Assembly: GCA_964016885.1 (NCBI GenBank)
Contig: OZ024740.1
Span: 256,246,001 to 256,310,000 of the forward strand
DNA from: Eledone cirrhosa
Taxonomy: Eukaryota
Length of the DNA stretch: 64,000 bases
Direction: 5' to 3'
Position numbers and translations under genes: made by a program. The notes below the pieces were generated by a model. That model saw only the letters and a list, made by a program, of their open reading frames with translations, made no database searches and had not been told where the DNA came from. Shown one piece after another: positions 62,176 through 64,000 of this stretch. The first letter of the stretch is position 1. Each line of letters opens with the position of its first letter.

Positions 62176-64000
62176 TCTATTGACATCCTACCAGACTTAT
62201 CCGTGGGTAGCATGCCGAGCTACATCAAGGCTATGCAGTCCCACATCACCACCACGAGCGAAATTGCACATCAAACATATGATGGGAGAGAGAAAATCTT
62301 CAACGCTCACATGATGTGGACCGACATCCTAAAGCCAAACAGACGCACTGCCAACAACTTCCAGGCGTCTCACACTGGCATACCACCCTTGTATGGGCTC
62401 CGCAAAGACCACAAGACAGTCGACGACCCGACAACAGGACCACAGACAAGACCTGTATGCGGAGCAAATATAGCTAGCAACTACAGGATCTCCTACTTCC
62501 TCTCAATGGTTATACGCCCCATAATCAAGATGTCCCCAAATGTATGTGACAGTACAGAGGACCTCGTCAGCAGCATTAGTGAGTGCAACAAAAACAGGAA
62601 CCTATCCAACTGCATAATAGGCAGCATGGATGTGGTATCACTGTACCCATCCATTAACATTGATTTTGCTGTGGAAAAATATGTTGAGATGATCATTGAG
62701 AGTGAGGTGGAGTTCTGCGACGTCGACACAGACGAACTGGGCCTCCTACTTAGACTTACCTACGACACTGACTACCTAGACAGCCATGACCTTAGACGCT
62801 TCTGCCCCAGTAGACCCATAAGAGGTAGACCCCCCCCCCCCCACACACACACACACTAACCTCAATGGCTAAAAAGACTCCCATGGGAAGGTGGATTGGG
62901 TGGACCAAAGCTATACGGACCCCGCAAAACAATGATCAGGTAAGAAAAATGGTTGCACATGCAATAGGGGCTAGTATCAAAACTACCCTAAAGGGCCACA
63001 TATTCAAGTTCAACGAGAAGATCTACACCCAAAATGAGGGAGCAGCCATTGGCGTCAGCATAGCTGGTGATGTTGCCAACCTTTTTATGGTATAGTGGGA
63101 AAGCAGACTTAAAGATCTCCTTAATGAGAGCTCCATAGACCTCATCATGTACTCTCGTTACGTAGACGATATCAATATAGTTATAAGAACATCCCCACTA
63201 GAGAGCACTAACAAGTTTGATTTAGAACGTAGCACAATGGAAAGCATCCAGCAGATAGCTAATTCCATACACCAGAGTATAACTGTAACTATCGACTACC
63301 CTTCCAAACACCCCAACAATAGACTGCCTGTATTAGACACGGAATTCTGGATTAACAATATAGACGAGAGAGCCCAAATTCTCCACTCACTCTATTCTAA
63401 ACCCATGGCCTCCAAATACCTGATACTCAAAAACTCAACAATGTCCTGTATTGTTAAGTTTAATATTCTGATCGCAGATTTGGTACGAGTGATGAAGAAT
63501 GTGTCCCGCATGTGCGACCCAACAGAAATGGTAAGACACATCAAACACTTCATCAACCGCATGCAGTTCTCTGGCTACAACCAAAGAGACAGAGTCAGAG
63601 TATACGAAGGAGCCATGGAGAAGTATAAGACCCTCATAGAACTGGATAGGAAAGGAATTTGCCCATTATACAGGAGCAAATCATGGAATAGCTTAGATAG
63701 GGCTAGACATAAGATAGGGAAAGCCACCTCATGGTACGACAACCAGAGATACAAGAGTGTCATGTTTGTGGACGCTACCCCTGGAGGGAAATTAGCTAAC
63801 CAGTGTAGAAAGGCCCTGAGAAAGACCCACTTAAAGATTAAGGTGGTAGAAAAGCCAGGAACCACCATAAAATCCCTGATCAGCAAAACCTACCCTTTTA
63901 AGAAAACCCACTGTACTAATAGGAAATGTATCATATGTAAGGTAAACCCCCGAATAAACTGTAAAACTAGAAACGTAGTCTATAGCATAAGATGTACAGA
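62176..64000 (+). mobile_element. Second, diverged PLE of the same group; runs off the window
   Basis: Same RT motifs with a frameshift and stop; GIY-YIG begins at the window end. Confidence 0.9.

Overview
Repeat-saturated animal genomic DNA with no recognisable host gene. The SINE, R4/Dong, RTE and microsatellite content resembles octopus/cephalopod genomes, which is my inference. Nearly everything is mobile DNA sorted into two microsatellite niches. (AAT)n tracts hold six Tx1-clade LINE copies (all minus strand), six R4/Dong LINE pieces (all plus strand) and a tRNA-derived Deu/Nin-core SINE. That SINE shares a covarying 3' stem-loop with the Tx1 elements. (TA)n tracts hold Penelope-like elements (PLEs), fold-back palindromes carrying minimal hammerhead ribozymes (HHRs) and three non-coding retrozyme-like elements. 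There is also one RTE LINE and one non-autonomous Helitron. The most striking signal is in the retrozyme-like elements. They carry four copies, from three diverged families, of a hammerhead whose core is complete but whose strands are in a non-canonical, pseudoknotted order. Its helices are supported by compensatory base changes. All structures were read by eye, and no search or folding computation was run.
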